Source: Rhynchobatus australiae
Taxonomy: Eukaryota
Length of the DNA: 64,000 nucleotides
Assembly (NCBI GenBank): GCA_034780895.1
Contig: JAUZTB010000066.1
Location: 16,094,871-16,158,870, forward strand
Direction of reading: 5' to 3'
The translations under genes were made by a program, and so were the position numbers. Of this stretch, positions 13,136-25,338 are shown in pieces. Below the pieces are notes generated by a model. It was not told the origin of the DNA, did no database searches, and was given only the letters and a program-made list of their open reading frames with translations. The first letter of the stretch is position 1, and each line of letters begins with the position of its first letter.

Positions 13136-15128
13136 GCTTGCAATACTCCAGTTGTGGCCTTACCAGGGTTTTGTATATGTAGCTTCAACACCATTTTTTG
13201 TGTGTGCTGCTTTTTACGGATCTCAGCACTCCATATGCTTTACCAACTACTTATTCTGCCACTGAATGCTGAAGCCCTCCTGGCTCAAAGTTGAGGCCTG
13301 TGAGATGATAAACATGTTCATTTCAAACTGATGGGGAAACGGGCCACCGAGCAAAATGGATTTTCAGATGTGTTTTGCTCCATGTGGAAATTACGTTGGT
13401 AGAAAAATCCTATTTCAGTGAATACCACAATCATTTTCAACTTTTAAATGCAGCAGCAGATTTGTTTCTGGCAGTAGCATCAGAATAAACGAATAGGAGG
13501 AAAAAATGCTCCTTGTATTCTTTTTAAACAAAAATGTTGGTAGTTGTGTAGAGAGTCACTATAAAATGTAACAGGATATCTCAGACCTAGATTGGTGTCT
13601 GTTGTATATTTAATATTAGCAGTGTTAATCCAGCAAGTGTCAGCTTTTCTATTCGGTGAACCTATTTTATTAATCTGTTGAGTTTAATCTTCCTGTAGTG
13701 ATTCTACAAAGCCATTAAAATAGTAAATACTCTCGCTGTGTATTCAAAAGGAAAAGCTGATAAAAGGGACACCACTAAATATCAAAGAAATTGCATCCCT
13801 GACAGTCCTGAGCATCCGTCTGTGTCACTGCAGAGTCCCCTCAAGGTTAGCCTGTACTTGGTTCATGGTTCCTCTGCTCTGACTTGTCATTTACATTAAT
13901 AGGTTGCACCCTGTGCTTGGTGTCTAGCTGAAACAGAGGGGACCAGACGGGTTCCATGTGTGCGATCATATTTTCACAACTGCTGACCCTGACCGCTTAA
14001 CGCATGAGCGATGAAAATCTGCTTATACCATGAAAGTGCTGACAAGTGCAAGCACTTCAGTGACATNNNNNNNNNNNNNNNNNNNNNNNNNNNNNNNNNN
14101 NNNNNNNNNNNNNNNNNNNNNNNNNNNNNNNNNNNNNNNNNNNNNNNNNNNNNNNNNNNNNNNNNNNNNNNNNNNNNNNNNNNNNNNNNNNNNNNNNNNN
14201 NNNNNNNNNNNNNNNNNNNNNNNNNNNNNNNNNNNNNNNNNNNNNNNNNNNNNNNNNNNNNNNNNNNNNNNNNNNNNNNNNNNNNNNNNNNNNNNNNNNN
14301 NNNNNNNNNNNNNNNNNNNNNNNNNNNNNNNNNNNNNNNNNNNNNNNNNNNNNNNNNNNNNNNNNNNNNNNNNNNNNNNNNNNNNNNNNNNNNNNNNNNN
14401 NNNNNNNNNNNNNNNNNNNNNNNNNNNNNNNNNNNNNNNNNNNNNNNNNNNNNNNNNNNNNNNNGAAGGTGGGTTCATAACCAATGTAATTTCTTGCTTT
14501 CAAGATTAAATTGCTAACATAGAAGAGGAAACACACTAATCTTCCTGCGGGCACTGATGCAAATGGAGGACCACAGTGACTCTTTGGAGATTGAAAAATA
14601 TGAAATCTGTTGGGTTTGTTCAAATAGTTTGGCTCCCTTAGGCTTATTCATGTCTGTGTTATATTCATTGCTTTTCTTCTTTCACAATATCTTAACAAAT
14701 CCTGAACTCGCCCTTTGACATGCCAAAATGTACGTGAAGCTACAAAATTTATCTGCTGCTCAGGAATAAAGCTAGACTCCAGTGTAAGGTTATTGTGTAA
14801 GGGTAAAATGAATGAGATGAGAATTTGATACCAATTTGTTAAGGTTTTGTACAGTGGTGATTTAAGCCCTGTGCTTCGGAGCCTTGGTCTGTCTCGTAGT
14901 TTTGCTCCCCATGAGTCTCACGTTCTGCTGTGGTGAGAATCCACAGCTTGAGAGAAGGAAATGTAAAAGATGTTTAAAAATAACCAGAGGGACCATGACA
15001 TTTTCTAACTATTTCCTGGCAAAAGTGAGCCTAAACTTGCTGCAAGGCAAGTTGCCCCCTTTCAACACTAACCTGTGAAGTAAGTGGTAACTTGCCTGTT
15101 CCATATCTGCCAATGTCATCATGGTTGA

Positions 15129-15480
15129 GAGCCAATGTGAAACTGCAGTATGTTTGCCATGAGTCATCATCTTGGGCTAAGGAAGAAATAGGAGGTTAAG
15201 AGCAGGATGCGATGGTGATAAAGGAAAATCATCAATCCCTCGGCAACTAAAACCCTTCATTTTTGCCCACATGCTCTCTGTATCTGAGATATGTCTGAAT
15301 TTATTTTGTTTTCGTGCTTAAAAGCCTCCATTGTGCTAAACACTTACTATTTGAATGCTAACCAGAGGTGGGATCAGTAAGCAATGTAGAGGGGTCAAAT
15401 CGCAGACTATTTCTGTTAAACAGCAACAGAATGCACGTACATTTTGCTGTCTTGGAAGGTTTTATAGAGTGGTAGTTAGT
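15129..15480. repeat. Diverged ~350-bp direct repeat, copy 2 (partner 8148-8520)
   Basis: Same blocks as copy 1, in the same order and orientation. Confidence 0.85.
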
Positions 15481-18400
15481 TGCATCCTGGCCCAGAATAG
15501 TGAAGGTCTTGTGTTACCAAATACCTAAGGCAATTAAAACGTATAAATAAATGCAGTCAATATAAAAATGCACATTAACTAATACTTGTCCTTCTCCCTC
15601 ACAGCTGTTCCTCTTCATTCAGATGAATGAGCTTGCTGTTCCAGCTGATGCAGGTTCAGCGGGCAAATTCCCTGGCAGAAGTGTTGTGAAAATGCAACCA
15701 GATCACTGTCTTTCACTGGACTCCATGTGGAGTTCAATGTCAGAGCAGAGTTATGAAAATCCCAGCCTGGAGTGCCAAACAGGTTTGGATGATCCATATT
15801 CAGATGTTGGTGTTTCAGTGTGGAACTTCCAGCAATTCTCAGCAAGATCCAATCCTGTGTTTATTCAGGGCAAGAAGAAAAAACACATTTGCAAAAATAA
15901 TCTTTACTAATGTTATGCCTGTTTGTTAAGGAATAACTTTTTATGGTGGAAAGTTGATGTTTTAGTTTAATTTGCAATTTATTTCATTAACCATATCTGT
16001 AGCATCATAATAGTTTAATCATTATTGTATCTTTAGGAAACTTGTTAGTTTCTGACCTTCTATCAGAACCTCGTCTCCAATAATGCTACATTCCTTCCAG
16101 AAGTTGCTTTATTCTGTAAATGCCTTTGGGTTTTGTTTTGGACAGTAAGGGAATCAACAGATAGGGGGTTTGTGAAGGAATGTGATGCTGAGGTGAAAGA
16201 TCAGCTATGATCTTGTTGAATGGCAGAGCCAGCATGAAGCAGCCTAATGGCCTATTCTTGCTTTTNNNNNNNNNNNNNNNNNNNNNNNNNNNNNNNNNNN
16301 NNNNNNNNNNNNNNNNNNNNNNNNNNNNNNNNNNNNNNNNNNNNNNNNNNNNNNNNNNNNNNNNNGACTTTTTTTTATTTTGCAACCTTTATTTTCAGTA
16401 TTTATTGCTGTGCCCAAGTGGAATCCCCAGTTTGTGTGCTTTGTTCGGTCTGCCATCTTTTTCAAATTGCAATTTTTGTCAGTCACCAACAGTTGACGAT
16501 ACTATGTATTTGGAATTAATGATTAATGATTCTATTCTTGCTACCAGATTACTATACATTCTCTGCCCTTTCATTTGTGATTATGGTATTGTTTCATTAG
16601 TGTGTAAATTGAGTTAACCAACTGCAGGTGTGAAAAAAAGATCCCCTCCCCCGCCAGAACTGCATGATGGCCAAAACACATTTTGGAATTTTTAGAAATT
16701 ACATTATTTAATCTCCTTTGATATTCCTAAGGGAGAAAGTGGTGGATTTATAATGGAAAGAGCTAAAAACATAAGTTCACAGAAATGTGATTAACAACGT
16801 TGGGAATGCAATTAGTTTATAAAATATATTTTAAGTGTGGATTTTTTTTAAAAAGCATAATTAAATATAAGTATATCACTAATTAAATATAATTAGTAAA
16901 TTAATGAAATTTAGTTAAGTTAAATGTAGTGAGTAATTTATTAATTTCATGAGCGAAGTAGGTAATTGCAAAATGAAGTGAGTAACTCTGAGTGGTGATG
17001 TGAATGTTAAAATGCTTTTGCATAGGAATTGACAGATATTTTGTCAACAAGTGNNNNNNNNNNNNNNNNNNNNNNNNNNNNNNNNNNNNNNNNNNNNNNN
17101 NNNNNNNNNNNNNNNNNNNNNNNNNNNNNNNNNNNNNNNNNNNNNNNNNNNNNNNNNNNNNNNNNNNNNNNNNNNNNNNNNNNNNNNNNNNNNNNNNNNN
17201 NNNNNNNNNNNNNNNNNNNNNNNNNNNNNNNNNNNNNNNNNNNNNNNNNNNNNNNNNNNNTCATTTTAAGTGCTTCTAAAATTCTTCTCCTTTTTATATG
17301 CTTGGTTTCAGCTCACTGCAGGCTTTGGTTGCCAATTTTGGTAGTGCCATCCTGCCATCTCTCACTTTCCAGATTTTGATTGTTCGAGCTTTTCTCCTTT
17401 AACCTCTTTCGTCACCACTCCACCAAACTTCCTCAGTGACTCGATTGTCAAATGTTGAGTAAAACCATCTTGTGAAGAGCCTTGGAATATTTGGATGCAT
17501 TGCAGGTGATGCATCAATGCAGTTTTCCATTGCTTTGTAGATGTGAAGTTGCAGATTTGTTGCAACTAAGTGTAGGTTTCTTACTGTCGCTGCCTGGTGG
17601 AAATTTGGTGCAGTTTACAACGTATTGAGTGAGTTACTGCCTTTGCCTACTAAAAGTAATAAGTACATGTTCAGATCCCCCGTCTTGGTAGTTGATGTGT
17701 GAACAGTTCAAACAGCCATAGGCAAAGAAGGAGAGAGAAAGATCCAACTAATAAAAGATGCAGGTTTGAACCTCACAAAAATTGAAGGAATTTACAGCCA
17801 GGTGAATAAATAACAATAAGGTTGTTGAACTACTTGTAGCTGTTTGAATTAATTCTTACCTTGAGATGTTAAACTGAGCTCACATTTGTCTGCTTTGGAA
17901 GTCAAGTGACCTACAAAGACACAGTTCCAAAAGGAGTTGAAAGCTTTCCAGGCATGTATGCCAAAGTGTTTCAAGCAATGTTAGCAAAAGACATTAACTA
18001 GATTGTATGCCTTATTGTGGTATAGTTTGGTTTCCTTACCTATGTAACTGTAGTCACTCCACTTCTGAGATTTATTCTGGGAAGAAGTTTTGATGGAAGG
18101 TATTTATTTTTTTACTGTTTAATTTAGGCCTTATAATTTTAGAGCAATAAAGGTATGTTCCAGGAATCATTGCTTCTTTTAAGCTTGGAGGAGGGGCTCC
18201 AGCTATTTTTTTTCTCATGTGAAAAACCCATCGTAACTCTTGCTTACACCTGCAGTGCTGGTGAGTTATAGGTCTTTCATACTGGTGGAAGAACACCGGT
18301 AATTCACTGTCACAGGTGAGCTATCATCCTGTGTGTTCAGAATTATCATCACATAAATCGTGTAATGAGGAACTTGGGCTGAAGAGACTTTGCTCTGAAG

Positions 18401-20322
18401 AGGGGAAGCGCTGAGCTTGTTTACTGCATAAACTGTGCTGCTGGTTTTTATTGTGCGGTATATCTCTCCGATGCAGTCGAAATCTCAGCCTGTGTTTTAT
18501 TGCAGACAGTGCCAGACTGATGTGTTTGGCTTGCATTGATGTGCTTCTCCCCTCATAAAATAAACTGCCCGTGGCACAAAAGTGTTATTACAAATGCCTA
18601 CACTGCCAGGCAGAATGTTGAATAGCTGCCGGCTTGTTGCATCCTTTGGTTTCCACCCCAAGGGTATGGACAGAGAGAAGGTGCGGCATTATTATTCAGT
18701 AGTGATGGAGCCCGAGCCCCTGCTGGTTAATGCTGAGTGCTTTAGAATCTGATTTACATCTGCAGGCAAGGCTAATCGTGAGCAGACGTAGCTTGTATGG
18801 AAGTATGGTCAATCTTTTGCCATCTGGTTGATGTGGAGAGCAATGATACAACCGTCGCAGCAGTCTGAACAATGCCATAAAGTCTACAGGTCCAGTGCCA
18901 TATCTGGAAGTGGGCAATTCTGCTACCACTTCTGTACAGTTGTAGATGCTTTGTCACTGCACAAAGTGGCTGGAAAGCTGTTGCCCATACACACAGCAAC
19001 GTCAAAATATTATCGGAAGCACAATTGTATTTCTGCTTGTGTTTTAAATTTCATATGCTGTTAATGTAAAAATGCTTTGTACATGATTAAATATTAATGG
19101 TGCCAATTGCTCTTATGTTCTCCTGCTTAAGTTAACTGCNNNNNNNNNNTATCTAGTGCTCCAAGGGTCAGCTTATTGAGACTATTGGACCAGAAACTGA
19201 TTCAAAGCCATGCCTAATCCTGTTCTCACCTGAATTCAGTGGTTGCCCTTCCAGCAGTCGGTTGCACAGCAAGAAGGAATAAACAATTTCCTTTCCCCCT
19301 AGATCTGGGGTAGTTGAGCAGATTGAGGTGTTCTTCCAGACAATATCAGCTGACAGGATACCTCCATCTGTGGCATAGCTTCCATGTTTCAATGATTGAT
19401 AACTGCATACAGCTTAGAATCAAATCAGGTACATTATGCACAGTTCANNNNNNNNNNNNNNNNNNNNNNNNAAAGGGGCATTGCTTTTAATTTCCTATTT
19501 GTTCAGTGGCACAAATCAAGTTCAAACCCACCTCCAATTGTTGACATAGAAAAATGTTGCTCTTCAGGCTTAAACATTAATAACTGAAAACACCCGAAAA
19601 TTCTATCAATTTGTTAAACATTTTGTAGAAGTGAAATTGACTGGTTGGTATTTATGAGGGAGAATCTTCCACATTCTGTATGTAGCTAAGCATCTGGAAA
19701 GTCATGGGTTTGTATGTCTTGAATGTCCTATTAATTCAGATTTCTAGAATATGCATTTTTGTCTTTTTTCTATTTTAAATTTTACCAGATATACTTCAAA
19801 GAAGTCTCGGCACTCTGCATTTACCTTTTCTATTTTACTCAGAGGCTATAATCAGTCAGCAGATACTTGCACATTCATTTGCTGGTCGAACATAGTGTGA
19901 TTAAAATCCATCAGGATTAACAATGGAGTATATTTTCAATTATTAAAACTCAGCAAAATCTCAAACTTCTCCCATGAGAATTTGCAATTCTTTGGTCAGG
20001 GCAGATACTAGGAATATTCTTCTTACGATTGTTAGTTCACTTCCCATCACTCCTTGCCTGAATATGCTTTGTTATGGCCATGGAAACCCGTCTTTACCAT
20101 TTCGTGTTACCAGAAGGTGTTGCAGTCCAGACAAACCCAACCCAGTCTCATCCAGCACACAAGCCTTGAGCACATCTCACCCCAGCTGGAATGGATGCCT
20201 TCCTAATTGAGTTAGATAGGCTCAAAGGTGTGCATGTTTCTGCTGCATCATCAAAACTGTGGTGAACTTGTTTTAATGTTATTTTCAGTGCTTAATGTTG
20301 CTTTTGATTTTAAATCTCAAAG

Positions 20323-20466
20323 GTGCTAGGTCGAGAGGTGTATACATCCAACAACCAGCTGGGAGGGGTCCAGATCATGCACAACAATGGTGTGACCCAC
20401 ACAACTGTCTATGACGACTTTGAGGGAGTTGTCATCCTTCTTCAGTGGCTGTCCTACATGCCAAAG
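20323..20466 (+). CDS. ACACA: Acetyl-CoA carboxylase 1 coding exon (carboxyltransferase domain), 144 bp, phase 0-0
   Basis: ctcaaag|GTG...CCAAAG|gtctgt. Encodes [55 protein letters not shown] is the ACC1-type sequence. Confidence 0.97.
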
Positions 20467-21474
20467 GTCTGTATGTTAATTCGGATTTTGAGATATTGAG
20501 CAAAAATATTCATGATCTTTTAATATGCATTACTTATGGTAACTTTTTTTTAAAATGGCCAAATATTATTGGTGTAACTGGTAATAACCAGTATTATCTG
20601 CCTGCTAACAGTAATCCACTCTGTTGTCTGCATAGCCAAAAGTAAACCATAAAAGAGCGTATTTAATAGTTATTTAATTTATTTGCAGACATTGATACAC
20701 ATAACAAAGAAAACCCAGATCTACTTTTAATAGATTATAACATAATTTAACAGATTATGGTTGGGAGAGTTGTATGTTTGACAGATAACCACATGGACAT
20801 TTAATTGAAGACGGTTGCTGGATATTTAAGAAACTTTAATCAAAAGCACCATGGACATAATAAATAAAATCTTTTTAACTGACAACCTATATGTTTGAGG
20901 CAATACTGTTCATATAGTCTTGTATATTTAATAGGTAATGACATGCACTGTTTACAATTGCAGGCATAATGAACAATTTATACAGTTGCAAACTATATAG
21001 CTGCTAATTTTAACATTTACAAACTGAAATGCTTACACAAACTGATACACTTTCAGTGGACAATAAACCACAATTTTAAGAGAACTTAAGGACTGAGGTG
21101 TATACGTGGGAGAACCATGCTGATAATGAAACCTGAAGTTGAATTTAGATGCTAGAATCTTTTTTTAAACTGTTTTAAATGAGCATATGATTTTGTGGAA
21201 AGATTTGGTTGGGGGTGACTCGGAGAAGGATAATTTCTACCTTTTGTTGAAAGGTTATCTCGTGGACCTACAGGCAACCTTTACTGGTTTTGTCTCTCAT
21301 TTTTCTGGGTAAAAATTATCACTGATTTTTCATTACTGAACTTTCAATGACATTTATTTGCCTTGATGCTGCTAGACTTGTAAATTTCATGTTGCAACTG
21401 CTTTGGTAGATTTGAAAGTGAATTATTTTCTGCAAATTGTGCTGATTTCATTTTTAAAATCATTTTATCTGCAG

Positions 21475-21595
21475 AATGTATCAAGTTCTGTGCCCATCCT
21501 CAAACCCAAGGATCCCATTGATAGAGTTATTGAGTTTGTTCCTACAAAAGCCCCTTATGATCCTCGGTGGCTGCTTGCTGGACGATCTCACCCAA
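21475..21595 (+). CDS. ACACA: ACACA coding exon, 121 bp, phase 0-1
   Basis: tctgcag|AAT...CCAA|gtaagg. Encodes [40 protein letters not shown], in phase with the neighbouring exons. Confidence 0.97.
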
Positions 21596-21774
21596 GTAAG
21601 GAAAAGAAAATATTATGCTTCAGTTACAATAAATTACACCAAGGAGCAAGTTTATTTTCCGTATTGTGGGAAAATCTTAACTGAGTAGCCACGGTTGGAG
21701 GTAACACAAACCAGTACTTTTTGATTTAGTTGGCTATCCAACCATCCAACTGCTGAAACTGCAATTGAAGCAAA

Positions 21775-21932
21775 AAGCTGCAGATGCTGGAAATCTGAAA
21801 CAGAAATAGACAATGCCAGAAATAGTGAGCAGGTCAGTTCTGATAAAGAGTGATGAACCTGAGACATTAACTTAGTTTCTCTCTCCACAGGTGCTGCTTG
21901 ACTTAAGTGTTTCAGTCATTTTCTGTTTTTGT
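21775..21932. repeat. Short partly palindromic Penelope-associated repeat (other copies at about 7750-7900, 23080-23230, 35275-35380, 40135-40320, 41020-41120, 47040-47125, 49055-49180, 51510-51595)
   Basis: Recurrent motifs ctgcagatgctggaaatctgaaa, actcagcaggtcaggcagcatc and ctccacagatgctgcctgacc. Confidence 0.65.
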
Positions 21933-22209
21933 CTCAATTTCTTGAGCTAATGGTTAATTTACTTGATCAAAAACTGTGCAGTCAGAGCTACCCCCACTTT
22001 CCATTTTTCTCCCCTCTCTCCTGCTGAAGTTGATTTGATCGACTATATTTATTGCTTGAAATTCAGGCCATTATAAGGACTGTCTACTTCTGCGTCTGTA
22101 ACATTTCAAGTGAGGGGTGGGGACTGCACAGTTTTGAACCAGCTCAAAACCTCCGCCCATTTTTAATCGACTAAAATCAATGCACCTGGCTCCAACACCT
22201 TCCTACCTC

Positions 22210-22740
22210 AGTTTAAATCGTGGTGAAACCCTCATTCATGCCTTCGATACTTCTTCTAGGCTTGACAATTGCAACATACACCTGTTTTTTTAATCCTGAG
22301 GAATCTTGTCATCATTCAAATCTCCAGTGCTGAAATCCTCGCTCGCATCAAGTCCCAGCCACCCATAAACCTCATACTTGCTTATCTGCATTGGCTCCTG
22401 GTTATGCAGTGCTTCAATTTAAAAATTCTCACCATTGCTTTCATATTCTCGCTCTCCTCAGTTATTTCCCCAGCCTTATGACCATCCCAAAATATTTGTG
22501 CTCCAACAGTTACGACTTTCGGATCATCCCTGAGTTTAAATGTTCACCTTCAGCTGCCAAAAGTGTAAGTTCTACCACTTTCCCCCACAATTCTTTTTTT
22601 TACTCTAAGTACTATTTAAAACTTAGCTGTTTGACCACTATATTGTTCATCTGCCCAAACAGCAGCTGGCTTGTGTTGTTTGATAGTGTTCCCGTGAAGC
22701 ATTTGAGATATTGTGCTTCATTAAACATTATACATGAAGA
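22210..22740 (+). mobile_element. L2-clade LINE 3' fragment
   Basis: Peptides ETLIHAF..SRLD and IIQISSAEILARIKSQPPINLILAYLHWLLVMQCFNLKIL, matching the L2 pattern QNSAARIL...LHWLPV..RI.FKIL. Confidence 0.8.
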
Positions 22741-23229
22741 CAAGTTGGTATTGTATCAGAATCAAAATACCACAAACTTCTCTACCATCCTTAAGAAGCC
22801 CACACTGGTTACACTTACACTTCAGTAGTGGTTGCAAACTTCCATCTATCTACTTTTGCATATTGAAGTGCACATTTTTGCCAGCAGTCTTCCACCTGTC
22901 AGCTGGGCTGCTTTGATAACATGCTTGCATTTGAGTTAAATGATGGGTTCAACTTTCCCCCTGGTAACCAAGCACGTAAGCTTTTTGTTTCTTTGACGAA
23001 CAAAGTGACCTTGGGTTCAAGTCCATAATTTCCTGAAAGTGGCAACGTACGTAGATAAATTGGTGAAGAAGGTACATGGCTTAACAAACGATCTGTTGGA
23101 GGAACTCCAGCAGGTCAAGCAGCATCTGTGGGAGGAAAGGAATTGTCAACACTTGGAGTCAAAATTCTGATCGGTCCAGCAGATTGTTTGTTGATCCAGA
23201 TTCCAGCATCTGCAGTCTCCTGTGTCTCC

Positions 23230-23830
23230 AAGGTATATGGCCTGCTTGCCTTCATAGGTCTGGACATGGAATGTAAAAGTTGGGATATTATGTTACAACT
23301 TTACAAAACGCTGGTTAGACCACAATACATGAAGTATTGTGTGCCGTTCTGTTTGCCACGCCATAGGANNNNNNNNNNNNNNNNNNNNNNNNNNNNNNNN
23401 NNNNNNNNNNNNNNNNNNNNNNNNNNNNNNNNNNNNNNNNNNNNNNNNNNNNNNNNNNNNNNNNNNNNNNNNNNNNNNNNNNNNNNNNNNNNNNNNNNNN
23501 NNNNNNNNNNNNNNNNNNNNNNNNNNNNNNNNNNNNNNNNNNNNNNNNNNNNNNNNNNNNNNNNNNNNNNNNNNNNNNNNNNNNNNNNNNNNNNNNNNNN
23601 NNNNNNNNNNNNNNNNNNNNNNNNNNNNNNNNNNNNNNNNNNNNNNNNNNNNNNNNNNNNNNNNNNNNNNNNNNNNNNNNNNNNNNNNNNNNNNNNNNNN
23701 NNNNNNNNNNNNNNNNNNNNNNNNNNNNNNNNNNNNNNNNNNNNNNNNNNNNNNNNNNNNNNNNNNNNNNNTCTATGTGATTTGAGCAGGTTGGGTGAAG
23801 GGCCCATTTCTATTCTGTATGACTCTGACT
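23230..23830 (+). mobile_element. CR1-clade LINE 3' fragment spanning an N gap
   Basis: YGLLAFIGLDMECKSWDIMLQLYKTLVRPQ..YCVPFCLPRHR. CR1 tail gggtgaagggcccatttctattctgtatgactct follows the gap. Confidence 0.8.
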
Positions 23831-25241
23831 CTAATACTGAGGGGTCCCTCAGTTGTCTGATTTAAAGTTAATGAAATCAGGTTTTAGAAGCAGAGTAGAT
23901 CATGCAGACATTGTATATTGTGTCTTTAGTACTACTAGTCAGAGATGATTTTCCAGGCATTGGTATTTATCCAAGACCTACTTCAGTGGACTCTGTGAGG
24001 ATACTTAATTCAAGGCTCTTTAAAACTTCCTGTGCATCTCATAAACAAGCAGTTACCATGATATTTCTGCTGTTATGTAGAGCAGGGACCATGAGGAAAC
24101 ATGCAGATGCTTCCTTCAGCGAAGGTTACAAACAAAAGCTGCTCAATGTTGAGTTCTTGATGAGTAGACTAATTAGTCAGTTGTCTTTTTGTTTGTGGAA
24201 TTTTGGTGTATGTGAAGTGGCTTCAGTGTTTGTCTACATAACAGCAGTGATATCAAGGTAATTTGTTGATTATGAGATGCATAGGATGTTTCAAAGAGAC
24301 TTGATGGATGCATGTTCTTTCTTTGGGTTTAAAGAATTAAGTACTGAGAGAGAGACATGATCCAGCTTCACAAAATAGCCACTTGTTTGAGTATTCATTA
24401 TCTTGTATTGAGGTAATTGTACATGTCTCTAGAATGCTGCACCAGCAGTGTTTCTAGTGACTCGAGCTCCTAATTTAGTGAGAGGTTTAAAGAGCAGATG
24501 ATTCCTAGTGATAAGTTACTTCAGATCTTCCATAGGTTAAAAGTTAAAGTAATTTATTACAGAAGATGGCAGTGCGATATTCTTCATATTGACAACAAAC
24601 ACAGGTTTGGAATGTAAAAGGCAGTCAGCGACAACTGACTTCAAGATAATTTCAGGATTGATGGTAACATTATACTGTAGGGTCGAAGTCACATGGATTG
24701 AGAAGTAGACTAACAATATGGTAATTACAGTTTGACTTTTGATTAAAACACTTGCTGAAGTGATTAAGCCAACACGATTGCTTATCTAAACCTCTGGGGT
24801 TTAAATTGCTTTTTGTGCTTTGTGTTGTTTTTTTCCATGTAACCTTGCTAATATAATGAACCATTCCTCCAAGCCCTCTTTCAATGTTTTTCCCCCAAAC
24901 TTCGGTTAGCTAGGAAAGAGGATATGAGAATTGTTGTTAATTTTCATGTCTGTGAAATGGTTGCAAAGAAATAATATTCACAGGGCACGCTGTGTAATTA
25001 TAAAGAGATTCTGAATGTTCCATCCATGTTGGGACATTTTGCGTGTGGCTTCATCTATGAAATAGTGAGCCTGATTGTAGATGAACGTTGGAAAGATCCA
25101 GCTGGTGGTCATCAGGTTACCTTCATGACTGGGGGATGGTTCGAGATAGCTGACTACCAAAACCTGAAAGAGCCGCAATCTTATGCTTAAATAAATGGAA
25201 ATAAAAATTGTACAAAATCAGAGCTTTCCTTATCCATGCAG

Positions 25242-25338
25242 CACAAAAAGGACAATGGCAGAGTGGCTTCTTTGACAATGGATCCTTCATGGAAATCATG
25301 CAACCCTGGGCACAGACAGTGGTGGTAGGAAGAGCCAG
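25242..25338 (+). CDS. ACACA: ACACA coding exon, 97 bp, phase 1-2
   Basis: catgcag|CA CAA AAA...GCC AG|gtaagt. Encodes (T)[31 protein letters not shown](R). Confidence 0.97.

Larger units (their letters stand above)
492..19400 (-). pseudogene. Probable decayed multi-exon, large-exon gene antisense to ACACA (identity unknown)
   Basis: Chains of stop-poor minus-strand frames at about 492-5009, 8552-13297, 13740-13927, 15586-15868, 17270-17720 and 18072-19392. Minus-strand acceptors at 5009, 13297 and 13927; donors at 492 and 15586. Interrupted by stops, frameshifts and TE insertions. Confidence 0.4.

Noticed and set aside
15605-15910. Plus-strand 95-aa ORF after an acceptor-like tract, as an extra ACACA exon
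   Set aside because: Not ACC sequence and no canonical GT donor before the stop. It is the antisense mirror of the exon-like minus-strand segment.
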